Positions 8,515 through 17,283 are shown, numbered from the stretch's first letter. The stretch is 32,000 nt of DNA from Erysipelotrichaceae bacterium (GCA_963663995.1 OY760660.1:90001-122000); one strand, 5' to 3'. Notes: generated by a model from the letters alone, not told the origin. Translations and numbers: made by a program.

Positions 8515-8535
8515 TGTAAATCACATTTTATTTTT
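8508..8535 (+). terminator. Terminator hairpin after the Crp/Fnr gene, again a perfect TGTGA-N6-TCACA palindrome
   Basis: AATGTGAT, loop GTAA, ATCACATT, followed by TTATTTTT. The core TGTGATGTAAATCACA lies at 8510..8525 and overlaps the TGA stop codon (8512..8514). Confidence 0.65.
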
Positions 8536-8579
8536 ACTTGAATTGTTACTCTATGAAAGTAAGACAGGGAGATTATAAA

Positions 8580-9737
8580 ATGAGTGAATTTATTAACAAT
8601 GTATCAAGAGATCGTCAAAACCGATTAAAATCTTTTATTTTTAGACTTCATAATGGTGAAGATAAAGATATAGTAGAAGCTGAATTTAAAAAGGAATTTG
8701 CCTATGTAACAGGGGCTGAAATTGCGCAAATGGAATTTAACCTTGTTCAAGAAGGGGTAAGTGTCGAAGAGATCCAAAACTTGTGTGATGTCCATGCATC
8801 ACTCTTTCAAGGTTCTGTTCAAGATTTACACTCAGATGAGTTAACGATTAATCCATTAACATCTTTTGAAGAAGAGAATCAAAAACTTGCTGATATTTTA
8901 GATGAAGCGATGCTAATTAATGATGCTCGTGATGAAAAGACTTTAAGAGTTCAAATGTTAGCATTCTTAGATGAATTAGATTTTTTAGAGAAACATTATG
9001 CTAAGAAAGAAAATATTTTATTTCCATATTTAGAAAAATCAGGTGACTTCGTTATTTCTAAAGTTATGTGGGGTGTCGATAATAAGATTCGAAAAGCACT
9101 CAAAAAAGCAAAAAAACAAGTTAGTGAAGCTAAAAATATTAAAGCTGAAATCAAAACATTTAAAGAATCGATGAGCCAAGCTAGAGATATGGTCACAAAA
9201 GAAGATCGTGTTTTATTCCCAATGTTAAGAGAGAAGTTAAGTGCTGATCAATTTAAAGAAATTGCAATCAGTTTAGGTGATATTTCATTGACAGAATATC
9301 AAGCTGAAACAATTGATAAAAACATTGATCCAGACGTCATTGCTATGACTATGGGGGCATTGAATACCACTGAAATTAATGCGATTTTTAATACAATTCC
9401 AGTAGATATGACATTCGTTGGTGCAGATAATACAGTTAAATGGGTCAGCCAAGGAAAAGAAAGAATCTTTGATCGTCCTTTCTCAGTAATTGGTCGACCC
9501 ATTGATTTATGTCATCCCCCACAATCTGTTGATATCGTTATGAAAATCGTAGAGGATCTAAGATCTGGACGTAAGGATAATGAAGATTTCTGGATTAACT
9601 TTAAAGGTCAATTTGTCTATATTCGCTACTTTGCAGTGAGAGATGAGAAAGGTACTTTCTTAGGTACTTTAGAAGTAACACAAGCAATTAATGAAATTAG
9701 AAGTTTAGAGGGTGAAAAACGCTTAGCTAGTTTATGA
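8580..9737 (+). CDS. DUF438 / hemerythrin-like / PAS domain protein
   Basis: The N-terminus EAEFKKEFAYVTGAEIAQMEFNLVQEGVSVEEIQNLCDVHASLF fits the DUF438 pattern. A central helical His/Glu-containing hemerythrin-like region follows (LEKHYAKKENILFPYLEK). The C-terminal PAS-like block reads DMTFVGADNTVKWVSQG...FDRPFSVIGRPIDLCHPPQSV...FVYIRYFAVRDEKGTFLGTLEVTQ. SD GGGAG precedes the ATG at 8580. The track start at 8538 has no SD. Confidence 0.8.
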   Translation: MSEFINNVSRDRQNRLKSFIFRLHNGEDKDIVEAEFKKEFAYVTGAEIAQMEFNLVQEGVSVEEIQNLCDVHASLFQGSVQDLHSDELTINPLTSFEEENQKLADILDEAMLINDARDEKTLRVQMLAFLDELDFLEKHYAKKENILFPYLEKSGDFVISKVMWGVDNKIRKALKKAKKQVSEAKNIKAEIKTFKESMSQARDMVTKEDRVLFPMLREKLSADQFKEIAISLGDISLTEYQAETIDKNIDPDVIAMTMGALNTTEINAIFNTIPVDMTFVGADNTVKWVSQGKERIFDRPFSVIGRPIDLCHPPQSVDIVMKIVEDLRSGRKDNEDFWINFKGQFVYIRYFAVRDEKGTFLGTLEVTQAINEIRSLEGEKRLASL

Positions 9738-10102
9738 TGACAAGAAGATTATGGTTGGGTATGGGTCATTTGAGTTTTGCTTTAGCTATGCTTGGCTTAG
9801 TTTTACCACTCTTACCAACGACACCATTTTTAATGCTTAGTGCGACATCCTATTTAAAATCATCGGATAAGGCATATCAAAAACTGATCATGCATCCGCA
9901 ATTTGGTGAAACAATTTCTCAATTTATGCTTGAGAAACGCATTAGTCAAAGTAATCTGATCAAAGCCTTAACGCTATTATGGATTTCAATTCCCATTAGT
10001 ATAGTGATGGTTCACAACATCTATTTAAAAGTCATGCTTTTGATGATCGCAATCACTGTAAGTCTATATCTAATATCATTGGTTAAGAAAAAGAATGATT
10101 GA
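9734..10102 (+). CDS. YbaN/DUF454 family small inner-membrane protein
   Basis: 122 aa. The pattern LGLVLPLLPTTPFLMLSATSYLKSSDKAYQKLIMHPQFG is characteristic of DUF454. The ATGA overlap with the upstream stop suggests translational coupling. Confidence 0.75.
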   Translation: MMTRRLWLGMGHLSFALAMLGLVLPLLPTTPFLMLSATSYLKSSDKAYQKLIMHPQFGETISQFMLEKRISQSNLIKALTLLWISIPISIVMVHNIYLKVMLLMIAITVSLYLISLVKKKND

Positions 10103-10112
10103 TATCATTCCT

Positions 10113-12593
10113 TTATTCTTTTTCTGGCAACATGTTTAATATTACTTCAACAGGTTCAGAATAGCTTGCTTTGAAAGTGAATCGATCAGATTGACCATCA
10201 CCCCAATGAATATAGGTGAAGTTACCTGTATTTCCATCAAATTGAAGTTCACCATGTGTTGGATATTCTACGACAGCGTAATAAACATAATTACTATAAG
10301 GATCATATCCTCTAACATTTCCAGTCATGGATTGCCCATTATAGAAACCAAAACTGGTAGAGAAAGCCACAGGGACAGTAAGTGGGGTAAATGGATTTGG
10401 CACAAAGTCTGATTTAAGATAACCAGTTACTGCTTGTGAGGCGGTTGCTTCGGTTGGTGGTACATATGGATATACGCCCTGTACATGTGTGATATCAACG
10501 ACATTATTTGGTCGACTTACTGCACTTGGATAATCACCATCAGCATAATAGAAATCTAATATTGAATTATTGATGTGACCTGGTAAGTTGAGGTTTATTT
10601 GAGCACGATCTAAGTACGAGATTTGATCAGCCACTGCTTGATCATAACCAACCCATACAGCTGTGACGATTTCGCTTGTTCCAGCAATCATCCATTTATC
10701 TTTTGCGGCACCTTGAGGAATCCCGTATTCTAAACCAGTATCGCCCCAATCTGAGGTACCTGTTTTCGCATAAACTTGATAGGGAGCTCTTAAGACTTGC
10801 ATGAAGTTACCATATGGACCACTAACATCTTGTTCCATCATCATAGCCGTAATAAAAGCGGCTTGAGCAGAGAGTACTTCAGTACTTTCATAACTTGGTT
10901 CTATTGGATCTGAACCATCATTAAACTCAATTTTAGTAATCGTATGCGGGGTTGTATATAATCCTTGATTCAACATGGCTGAATAGGCACCAGCCATTTC
11001 CATTGGTGATGCTTTAAAGGTTGAACCACCAATTCCATAACCTAAGTCAAAGTTTTCAGTATTCACGCGCGAAAAACCAATTGAATTTAAATATGCGACA
11101 ACTTCAAGATTAGAAATTTCTCGAGCAACAGCACCCATGGTTTCAATAGCAGGAATGTTGAGTGAATTTCCTATCGCATAGGCAATACTTACAGGACCAC
11201 GATACTTATCATCCCAATTTCGGATGACGACATCTGTTCCGGTATAAATGATAGGTCTATCATAAAGAATATGTTGTGTTGACCAACCTAAATATTCAAA
11301 GGCTAACGGATAAGTTAGAATGAGTTTCGCACTAGAACCGGGTTGTCGAATCATATCAGTGGCACGATTAAACAAACGTTCACCTTCATAGAAACGTCCG
11401 CCACCAATCGCTAAAATCTCACCTGTTCTCTGGTTCATGGTAATCATTCCAGTCTGGATGATTTCATTTGGCCATTCGACTTCATCCACTTGACCATTTT
11501 CTATTGCTTCAATATGTGATTGTAGGTTAGTATCCAACGATGTATAAATCTTCATTGAAACTAAAGCTGGATCTTTTCCTGTTAAGGCTAAAGTTTCTTG
11601 AATGACTTCATCAACATAAGCTTGATAGGGATGTGTTGTTGTGGTAGTTTCATCACTGTTTTTACTTTGCAAAGTGCCTGTGATTAAATTTTCAATACGA
11701 ACGGACTTAGCAAGTTTATTTTCTTCTTCTGTAATATAACCATGATATTCCATTAAATCTAAAACAATATGCGTTCTTTGGGTCGCAAGATCTAAATTCT
11801 TAATAGGATTATACGCATTTGGTGCATTAATAACACCCGCTAACATCGCGCTTTCGACTAAGCCTAGTTCACTAACATCTTTCCCAAAGTAGAATTGCGA
11901 CGCTGTTTGTATACCGCGACGATTTAGTGGTACCCCAAAGTTAATACGATTTAGATACATTTCTAAGATGCGTTCTTTTTCAACAATTTTTTCAGCTTCT
12001 AGGGCTAAAGCAATTTCTTGTATCTTACGATTAACTCCATCTAAACCAGATCGAGCTGCTAAACTTTCTTCTGTTTCAAAGTAAGTTCCTTTCACTAATT
12101 GCATGGTAAAGGTGGATCCACCTTGTGAGAAAGATAAAGTTTTTAAATTTTCTAAGATAGCTTTTGTGAAACGTGGTACATCAAAGCCTTCATGTTCAAA
12201 GAAACGTGAGTCTTCAACTGCGACAAAAGCGTCAATGGTGATTTGTGGTAAGTCATCAAAATGAATGTTCTCGATGATTTGCGTGCCAATATCAGCGACT
12301 AAGTTTCCGTCTTTATCAAATACTTTTGTTGAGTCCTGTTCAATGAAGTCATTAGCCATTAATTCAGGTGCCTCATTGACGACTGATTGAATATAACTGA
12401 TCCCAATAAATAGACCAATTAATGCGATTGCCATAAGAACCAATAAGAATTCTTTGACGTAGATTAAAAAATGCTTATCAACGGTTTTTTTGTCATCAAT
12501 TTTTTTGTTTTTGGATTGTTTTTGGTTCTTAGGATTGAACGCTTTGATGACTAAGCGTATGTTGTCTAAAAACTCTGCAAAATTAAATTTCAT
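10113..12593 (-). CDS. Class A penicillin-binding protein (glycosyltransferase GT51 plus transpeptidase) with a ~140-aa C-terminal extension
   Basis: GT51 motifs EDSRFFEHEGFD, GGSTFTMQLVK and RKIQE. Transpeptidase motifs PGSSAK (SxxK), SLN and KTGTS. An N-terminal cytoplasmic tail plus one TM segment. 826 aa. Confidence 0.9.
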   Translation of the reverse strand: MKFNFAEFLDNIRLVIKAFNPKNQKQSKNKKIDDKKTVDKHFLIYVKEFLLVLMAIALIGLFIGISYIQSVVNEAPELMANDFIEQDSTKVFDKDGNLVADIGTQIIENIHFDDLPQITIDAFVAVEDSRFFEHEGFDVPRFTKAILENLKTLSFSQGGSTFTMQLVKGTYFETEESLAARSGLDGVNRKIQEIALALEAEKIVEKERILEMYLNRINFGVPLNRRGIQTASQFYFGKDVSELGLVESAMLAGVINAPNAYNPIKNLDLATQRTHIVLDLMEYHGYITEEENKLAKSVRIENLITGTLQSKNSDETTTTTHPYQAYVDEVIQETLALTGKDPALVSMKIYTSLDTNLQSHIEAIENGQVDEVEWPNEIIQTGMITMNQRTGEILAIGGGRFYEGERLFNRATDMIRQPGSSAKLILTYPLAFEYLGWSTQHILYDRPIIYTGTDVVIRNWDDKYRGPVSIAYAIGNSLNIPAIETMGAVAREISNLEVVAYLNSIGFSRVNTENFDLGYGIGGSTFKASPMEMAGAYSAMLNQGLYTTPHTITKIEFNDGSDPIEPSYESTEVLSAQAAFITAMMMEQDVSGPYGNFMQVLRAPYQVYAKTGTSDWGDTGLEYGIPQGAAKDKWMIAGTSEIVTAVWVGYDQAVADQISYLDRAQINLNLPGHINNSILDFYYADGDYPSAVSRPNNVVDITHVQGVYPYVPPTEATASQAVTGYLKSDFVPNPFTPLTVPVAFSTSFGFYNGQSMTGNVRGYDPYSNYVYYAVVEYPTHGELQFDGNTGNFTYIHWGDGQSDRFTFKASYSEPVEVILNMLPEKE

Positions 12594-12778
12594 AGTAACA
12601 TTTCTATTTTAACCTAGCTTTAATCTATTTCAAAGAAAAGAAACCGCAAATGTACTTACAAGTATCCTTTGATTTTATATTTTAATGGAAAATATATTAT
12701 TTTACTCCTGAAAAAATATAAAATAAGTTTCCAGTAAGCCAGCCTTTTGACTTGCTTTTTCTTTGTTATAATAGAAAC

Positions 12779-13552
12779 ATGAATAAAAAAATAGACTTCT
12801 TAAAACAGTATTTACCCAAAATACGAGAAAAATTACTTCAATATCCTATTAAAGAAATTAGCACGAAGTCAAAGTTTGATGACATTGTGACAGATGTAGA
12901 TATACTTGTTCAAAAAGATTTAATCAAAACACTGGAAAATGAATATCCTGATACGACCTTTTTAGCAGAAGAAGAAGGTCAATTAGAACTCAGTGATCAA
13001 TTGTGGATCATTGATCCCATTGATGGAACTAAAAATTTTGTTAGACAACATGCCAACTATTGCATTTCTATTGCTTACTATGAAAACTTAAAACCATTAT
13101 TTGGGATTGTTTATGATATTAAAGAAAATGATATGTATATCGCAGAAAAATGCAAAGGTGCTTATTTAAATGGTGAATTACTTCCTCAATTAAGAGATAA
13201 AATCTTAAATGAGGCAGTTATTGATGTTAACTTAAATACCGTTTATTTTTATAAAAATAAACATCAATTAGATTTAGAAAAACTAAATGAACAAGCTTTT
13301 GCGCATCGATGCATTGGTTCAGCGGCTTTGAGTCTATGTCGTATTGCAGCTGGAACACATGATGTCTATCTCAATAATCGTTTAAATTTATGGGATTATG
13401 CAGCCGGTCAAATTATATTGGAAGAAGTAGGCGGTGTGGTTGAATTTCCATATCACAGTGGTACTTTATTAAATGATAAGAGTGTAACCCTAAATGCTGC
13501 ATCATCATTAAATCTATTAAAAGAAGTTCAAGAAACAATGGTTAAAGTCTAA
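12779..13552 (+). CDS. Inositol monophosphatase family protein
   Basis: Motifs WIIDPIDGTKNF and LWDYAAG. Start placed at ATG 12779 (MNKKIDFLKQY). The track start at 12752 is a TTG that lies within the promoter -35/-10 elements. Confidence 0.85.
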   Translation: MNKKIDFLKQYLPKIREKLLQYPIKEISTKSKFDDIVTDVDILVQKDLIKTLENEYPDTTFLAEEEGQLELSDQLWIIDPIDGTKNFVRQHANYCISIAYYENLKPLFGIVYDIKENDMYIAEKCKGAYLNGELLPQLRDKILNEAVIDVNLNTVYFYKNKHQLDLEKLNEQAFAHRCIGSAALSLCRIAAGTHDVYLNNRLNLWDYAAGQIILEEVGGVVEFPYHSGTLLNDKSVTLNAASSLNLLKEVQETMVKV

Positions 13553-13577
13553 AAAATCTATCTTCATGATAGATTTT
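13553..13577. terminator. Bidirectional terminator between the convergent IMPase-family and amidase genes
   Basis: AAAATCTATC, loop TTCAT, GATAGATTTT, with A/T runs on both sides. It overlaps the amidase stop codon by 2 nt. Confidence 0.7.
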
Positions 13578-14355
13578 ATTTTGGATTAAAGATGTTTTCT
13601 ATGCCTTTAAATAAAGCGTGGGCTAAGCGATCTTGATAAGATTCTTGAATAAGTAGTTGTTCTTCTGCTGGATTAGATAAAAATCCCATTTCAATAACAA
13701 TATTTGGAATTTTTGAAAAGTTGAAGCCAGTTTGATCATCTCTTTCATATGATCCAAATCGATCCATCCCAATTTCACTAATTAAAGTATCTAGAATAAT
13801 GTTGCCATAGTCTTTGCTTGTCTTTGCAATATCAACAGCATAATACATTGGGGCTGGATATAAAACAGATGCTCCATCATAGCTTATATAATTGGATGAA
13901 TCACAGTGAATACGTATCATTAAATCTGCATTAACATAATTTGCGATATTGACTCTTTCAATATTTCCTAACATATCTAAGTGATCATCGCGGGTCATAT
14001 AGACAATATAGTCATGATCTAGAAGTAAATCTTTTAAGATAAATGAAACATTTAAGTTGATATCACGCTCCATTACACCTGTGATATTGCCAGCAGTACC
14101 AACCCCATATTTACGTTTTGTGATATCTACACCTGGAGCAACTGGTTCTTGATCATAATTGAATTGAGTTGAATGACCAGGATCAATGACAATGATAACG
14201 GGATCAGTTTCTTCCTTGATTGGATAGTGATTTATCAATTGAGCATATTGTTTATCTACAAGCGAAAAAGTTATTTCATTGGCTTGTGGCATTAAGCTTA
14301 AAAATAAAATACAAGCTAGCGTAGTAAGTATTAAAAAAACTGTCTTAGCTATCAT
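13576..14355 (-). CDS. N-acetylmuramoyl-L-alanine amidase (Amidase_3 family), secreted or membrane-anchored
   Basis: N-terminal signal/anchor MIAKTVFLILTTLACILFLSL. Motifs VIVIDPGHS, YMTRDD, ADLMIRIHCDS and IVIEMGFLSNPAEE are typical of Amidase_3. Confidence 0.85.
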   Translation of the reverse strand: MIAKTVFLILTTLACILFLSLMPQANEITFSLVDKQYAQLINHYPIKEETDPVIIVIDPGHSTQFNYDQEPVAPGVDITKRKYGVGTAGNITGVMERDINLNVSFILKDLLLDHDYIVYMTRDDHLDMLGNIERVNIANYVNADLMIRIHCDSSNYISYDGASVLYPAPMYYAVDIAKTSKDYGNIILDTLISEIGMDRFGSYERDDQTGFNFSKIPNIVIEMGFLSNPAEEQLLIQESYQDRLAHALFKGIENIFNPK

Positions 14356-14376
14356 AATTTAATGATAAGACAGTTT
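14333..14376 (-). terminator. Intrinsic terminator of the MFS gene, enclosing the amidase start codon
   Basis: The minus strand reads AAACTGTCTTA-(TCATTAAATTATGATAGC)-TAAGACAGTTT followed by TTTT. This is an 11-bp stem. The amidase ATG (14355..14353) sits in the apical region, and its codons 3-8 form the 3' arm and T-tract. Confidence 0.6.
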
Positions 14377-14403
14377 ATTAGATAAAAACAAATGAGCTGG
14401 CTT

Positions 14404-15603
14404 TTAGATTGATTTTTCTGGATCATTTATTTTGATTGCGACAAAGAGGTTTATGAAAGAAAGTGTTCCAACAAGATAAAAGATATATTGAGGTCCATAA
14501 GTTTGCCAGACAAAACCACCGATGACAGCAAAACTAATGCTCATAACATGATCTAAACTAATTCCAAGGGATAAGGTAGGTGTGATATCGCTTGTATCTA
14601 CTGCAATTTTTCTAAGATAAACGGTACGGATAATTCCCATTTGCGCTGACATACGATCAGCAACAAATAGAATATAAGCAAGCAGGACTGGGATTCCTGT
14701 TAGGGCTAAAGTACCATTATAATAACCACCGCTTAAAAATCCATAGGCAAAATAAACAGCGATAAAAGATATAGCATCTGCATATAGCATCTTTTTTACG
14801 CCAAAGCGATCAATCCATCGCCCAAGGGCTGGAATAAAGAATATTCCTGCAAATAATCCAGCCATCGCTAAGAGGGCAATTGTATCTGTTTTCTTAGCAA
14901 GTAGTTCAATAATAACCCATGGTCCATAGACCATCATCATTTGTTTTTGAACACCAAACATAATGACTAAGGTGTAGTAATATTTATATTCTTTTCTAAA
15001 GATAAAACGTGTTTTCTTTGGATGTGAACCATCACCATGCATTTCTTTATTTAAAATAACTAAGGTAATCACAACAACAATGAAGAAAATAGCCGAAAGT
15101 AAGAATACCCATTTGATCTCTGAATTAAATGAAAAGAAACCAGATCTAAAGCCAATGAAAACTAAAGACATGCCCAGCATTTGGAAAAAGGTTGTAATAC
15201 CTTTGTATTGCCCCATTCTTTTTCCAATTTTATCTGGTTCTGCTAAAGATATTCCGATTGAATCTTGCATCGGCATAAATAAGTGCATACCTAAAGAATT
15301 GATAAAGACAAAGATCAACATAATCGAGAAACTAGGCGTGAAGAAACCTAAAGCAGTTATCCCGATAATTGACAATATTTGGGCAATGATAGATATCTTT
15401 ATATCACTTAAAAAGGATAAACTTGCGACAACGACAATCAATAACATACCTGGCGATTCACGTGGGATTTCAATCATCCCTCTTTGCAGTGCAGTGACTT
15501 GATAGACTTCTTTAAAATAATTCGAAAAGATATCGTTGGTTAAAGCAATACCAAAGGCAGTTAAAGCTAATACGATAAAATAGATCTTCATTGATTTTTT
15601 CAT
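14404..15603 (-). CDS. MFS transporter
   Basis: 399 aa with ~12 TM segments arranged 6+6 around a central basic loop (HGDGSHPKKTRFIFRKEYKYY). An MFS-like GRWIDRFGVKK loop motif. SD AGGAG. Confidence 0.8.
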   Translation of the reverse strand: MKKSMKIYFIVLALTAFGIALTNDIFSNYFKEVYQVTALQRGMIEIPRESPGMLLIVVVASLSFLSDIKISIIAQILSIIGITALGFFTPSFSIMLIFVFINSLGMHLFMPMQDSIGISLAEPDKIGKRMGQYKGITTFFQMLGMSLVFIGFRSGFFSFNSEIKWVFLLSAIFFIVVVITLVILNKEMHGDGSHPKKTRFIFRKEYKYYYTLVIMFGVQKQMMMVYGPWVIIELLAKKTDTIALLAMAGLFAGIFFIPALGRWIDRFGVKKMLYADAISFIAVYFAYGFLSGGYYNGTLALTGIPVLLAYILFVADRMSAQMGIIRTVYLRKIAVDTSDITPTLSLGISLDHVMSISFAVIGGFVWQTYGPQYIFYLVGTLSFINLFVAIKINDPEKSI

Positions 15604-15744
15604 GAAATACTCCTAATTAATTGTCGTTCAATTGTGTCATTATAGTTTAAAAACAAGCAAACATCTATCACATCTATAATTGTGGCAAATTTTTTCATCA
15701 TCATAATCACTTTAATAGATTTTAAGTAATAAAAGGATAATAAT

Positions 15745-16173
15745 ATGCCTAAAGAAGAGATTAATATGGAAAAAATTGAAATATCTGTTTTTGTTGAAAA
15801 AGACTTAAGAACTGTATGGGATAAACTAATAAATCCAAAACACATTATCGGATGGAATTTCGCTAGTGATGATTGGCAATGTCCATGGGCAGAGAATGAT
15901 ATGCGTGTTGGTGGAAAAATGAAATCGCGGATGGAAGCTAAAGATGGTTCCTTTGGATTTGATTTTGAAGGTGAATATACTTCCGTTAAAGAATATGATT
16001 CATATTCTTATGTATTAGAAGACAAAAGAGTTGTTGATGTAAAACTGATTGAAGAAGCCAATGGCGTTAAAGTTATTGAAATATTTGATCCAGAAACTGA
16101 AAATCCAGCTGAAATGCAAAGAGAAGGATGGCAATCCATCTTAAATAATTTTAAGAAATATTGCGATCAATAA
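15745..16173 (+). CDS. SRPBCC/AHSA1 (START-like) domain protein
   Basis: IEISVFVEKDLRTVWDKLINPKHIIGWNF...DMRVGGKMKSRMEAKDGSFGFDFEGEYTSV...REGWQSILNNFKKY fits the Activator-of-Hsp90-ATPase-homolog-1-like pattern. An alternative start is the ATG at 15766. Confidence 0.75.
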   Translation: MPKEEINMEKIEISVFVEKDLRTVWDKLINPKHIIGWNFASDDWQCPWAENDMRVGGKMKSRMEAKDGSFGFDFEGEYTSVKEYDSYSYVLEDKRVVDVKLIEEANGVKVIEIFDPETENPAEMQREGWQSILNNFKKYCDQ

Positions 16174-16182
16174 GGAGTTTAT

Positions 16183-16587
16183 ATGATTAACATATATTTT
16201 AACTACAATGGAAATGCAAGAGATGTCATTAATTTTTATCGTGATGTCTTCGATGCTGAAGCACCACAACTAATGACCTTTGAAGATTTTCCAGAGTCCG
16301 ATCCAAGTCATAAAGATTGGATTTCACATGGATTATTAATCGTAAATGATCAACAGTTAATGTTTTCGGATACAATGCCAAATGAACCTGCTGAATTTGG
16401 TTCACATATTACTTTATTAATTGCTTCAAAAAGTGAAGAGGATTTGCGTCGATGGTTTTCACGATTAAATGATGAGGCTAAAATTATTATGGACTTAGGT
16501 CCGACCTTCTTTAGCCCTCTATATGGCGCATTAGTTGATAAGTATCATACAACTTGGCAATTCTATTTAGAATCAGACTCTCATTAG
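16183..16587 (+). CDS. VOC/glyoxalase-fold protein, PhnB-like
   Basis: The N-terminus YFNYNGNARDVINFYRDVFDAE and the C-terminus FFSPLYGALVDKYHTTWQF resemble the PhnB/3-demethylubiquinone-methyltransferase-like VOC family. SD AAGGAG. Confidence 0.7.
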   Translation: MINIYFNYNGNARDVINFYRDVFDAEAPQLMTFEDFPESDPSHKDWISHGLLIVNDQQLMFSDTMPNEPAEFGSHITLLIASKSEEDLRRWFSRLNDEAKIIMDLGPTFFSPLYGALVDKYHTTWQFYLESDSH

Positions 16588-16599
16588 AGAGTTTTTTTA
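16577..16599 (+). terminator. Terminator overlapping the VOC gene stop codon
   Basis: ACTCTC, loop ATTA, GAGAGT, followed by TTTTTTT. Confidence 0.55.
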
Positions 16600-16641
16600 T
16601 CGACTTTTTTTGGAGTATGATAAAGATAGAGGAAAAACTGT

Positions 16642-17283
16642 ATGAGAATTCAGAAAATCAGTTTTATACTAGCTTTATTTGTCAGTTGCATGAGTTTGTT
16701 TTTGGCTAGCTTAAATGATCAATCACAAAATCTTTTCTTGACTCAACTATTTATTGGTTTAACATCTTCATCTTTGATCATTACAATTATTTCTTTATCT
16801 AATTATTTTATGGAACGAAAGAAAGCTTTAAAACATTTCTACACATTATTAATAAAGACGATGAATGTAATCAATAAATACTCAAATGATGTAGACTTGA
16901 AAATACAATGTGAATTACTAATCGGAATATCAAATATTGATATCATCGAACTTGAACTAGCGCTTGAAGAAATTGATTTCATAAAAATGAATGAGAATAA
17001 GTTTCTTAAAGATCATATCTTTGAGCCGATTGAGAATTTATATCATGAAGTTAATCGTTTTAAAGATTGTCTTATTGAACATCATAAGTCCTTGGAATTA
17101 GATGACGAATTGAATGAAGCCTTCAAACAAATGAATGAAATGATGTTGGAAGAAGTTGAAGAAGCTAAGATGCACGAAATAGGAAATCGCTTTTATACCT
17201 TTAAAGAAAGTAATTTCAAGAATATATTTACCTATCAAATCTTAGATGACTTTGAAAAGTATGTTAAATATTTTACGAAATAA
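16642..17283 (+). CDS. Hypothetical protein: two N-terminal TM helices plus an acidic helical C-terminal domain
   Basis: 213 aa. TM1 FILALFVSCMSLFLASL and TM2 FLTQLFIGLTSSSLIITIISL, then a Glu/Lys-rich helical region. SD AGAGGA. I recognise no family. Confidence 0.5.
   Translation: MRIQKISFILALFVSCMSLFLASLNDQSQNLFLTQLFIGLTSSSLIITIISLSNYFMERKKALKHFYTLLIKTMNVINKYSNDVDLKIQCELLIGISNIDIIELELALEEIDFIKMNENKFLKDHIFEPIENLYHEVNRFKDCLIEHHKSLELDDELNEAFKQMNEMMLEEVEEAKMHEIGNRFYTFKESNFKNIFTYQILDDFEKYVKYFTK

Noticed and set aside
15600-15845. 81-aa minus-strand ORF in the MFS/SRPBCC divergent region
   Set aside because: It overlaps the SRPBCC gene start and the MFS promoter, and has no SD or homology pattern.
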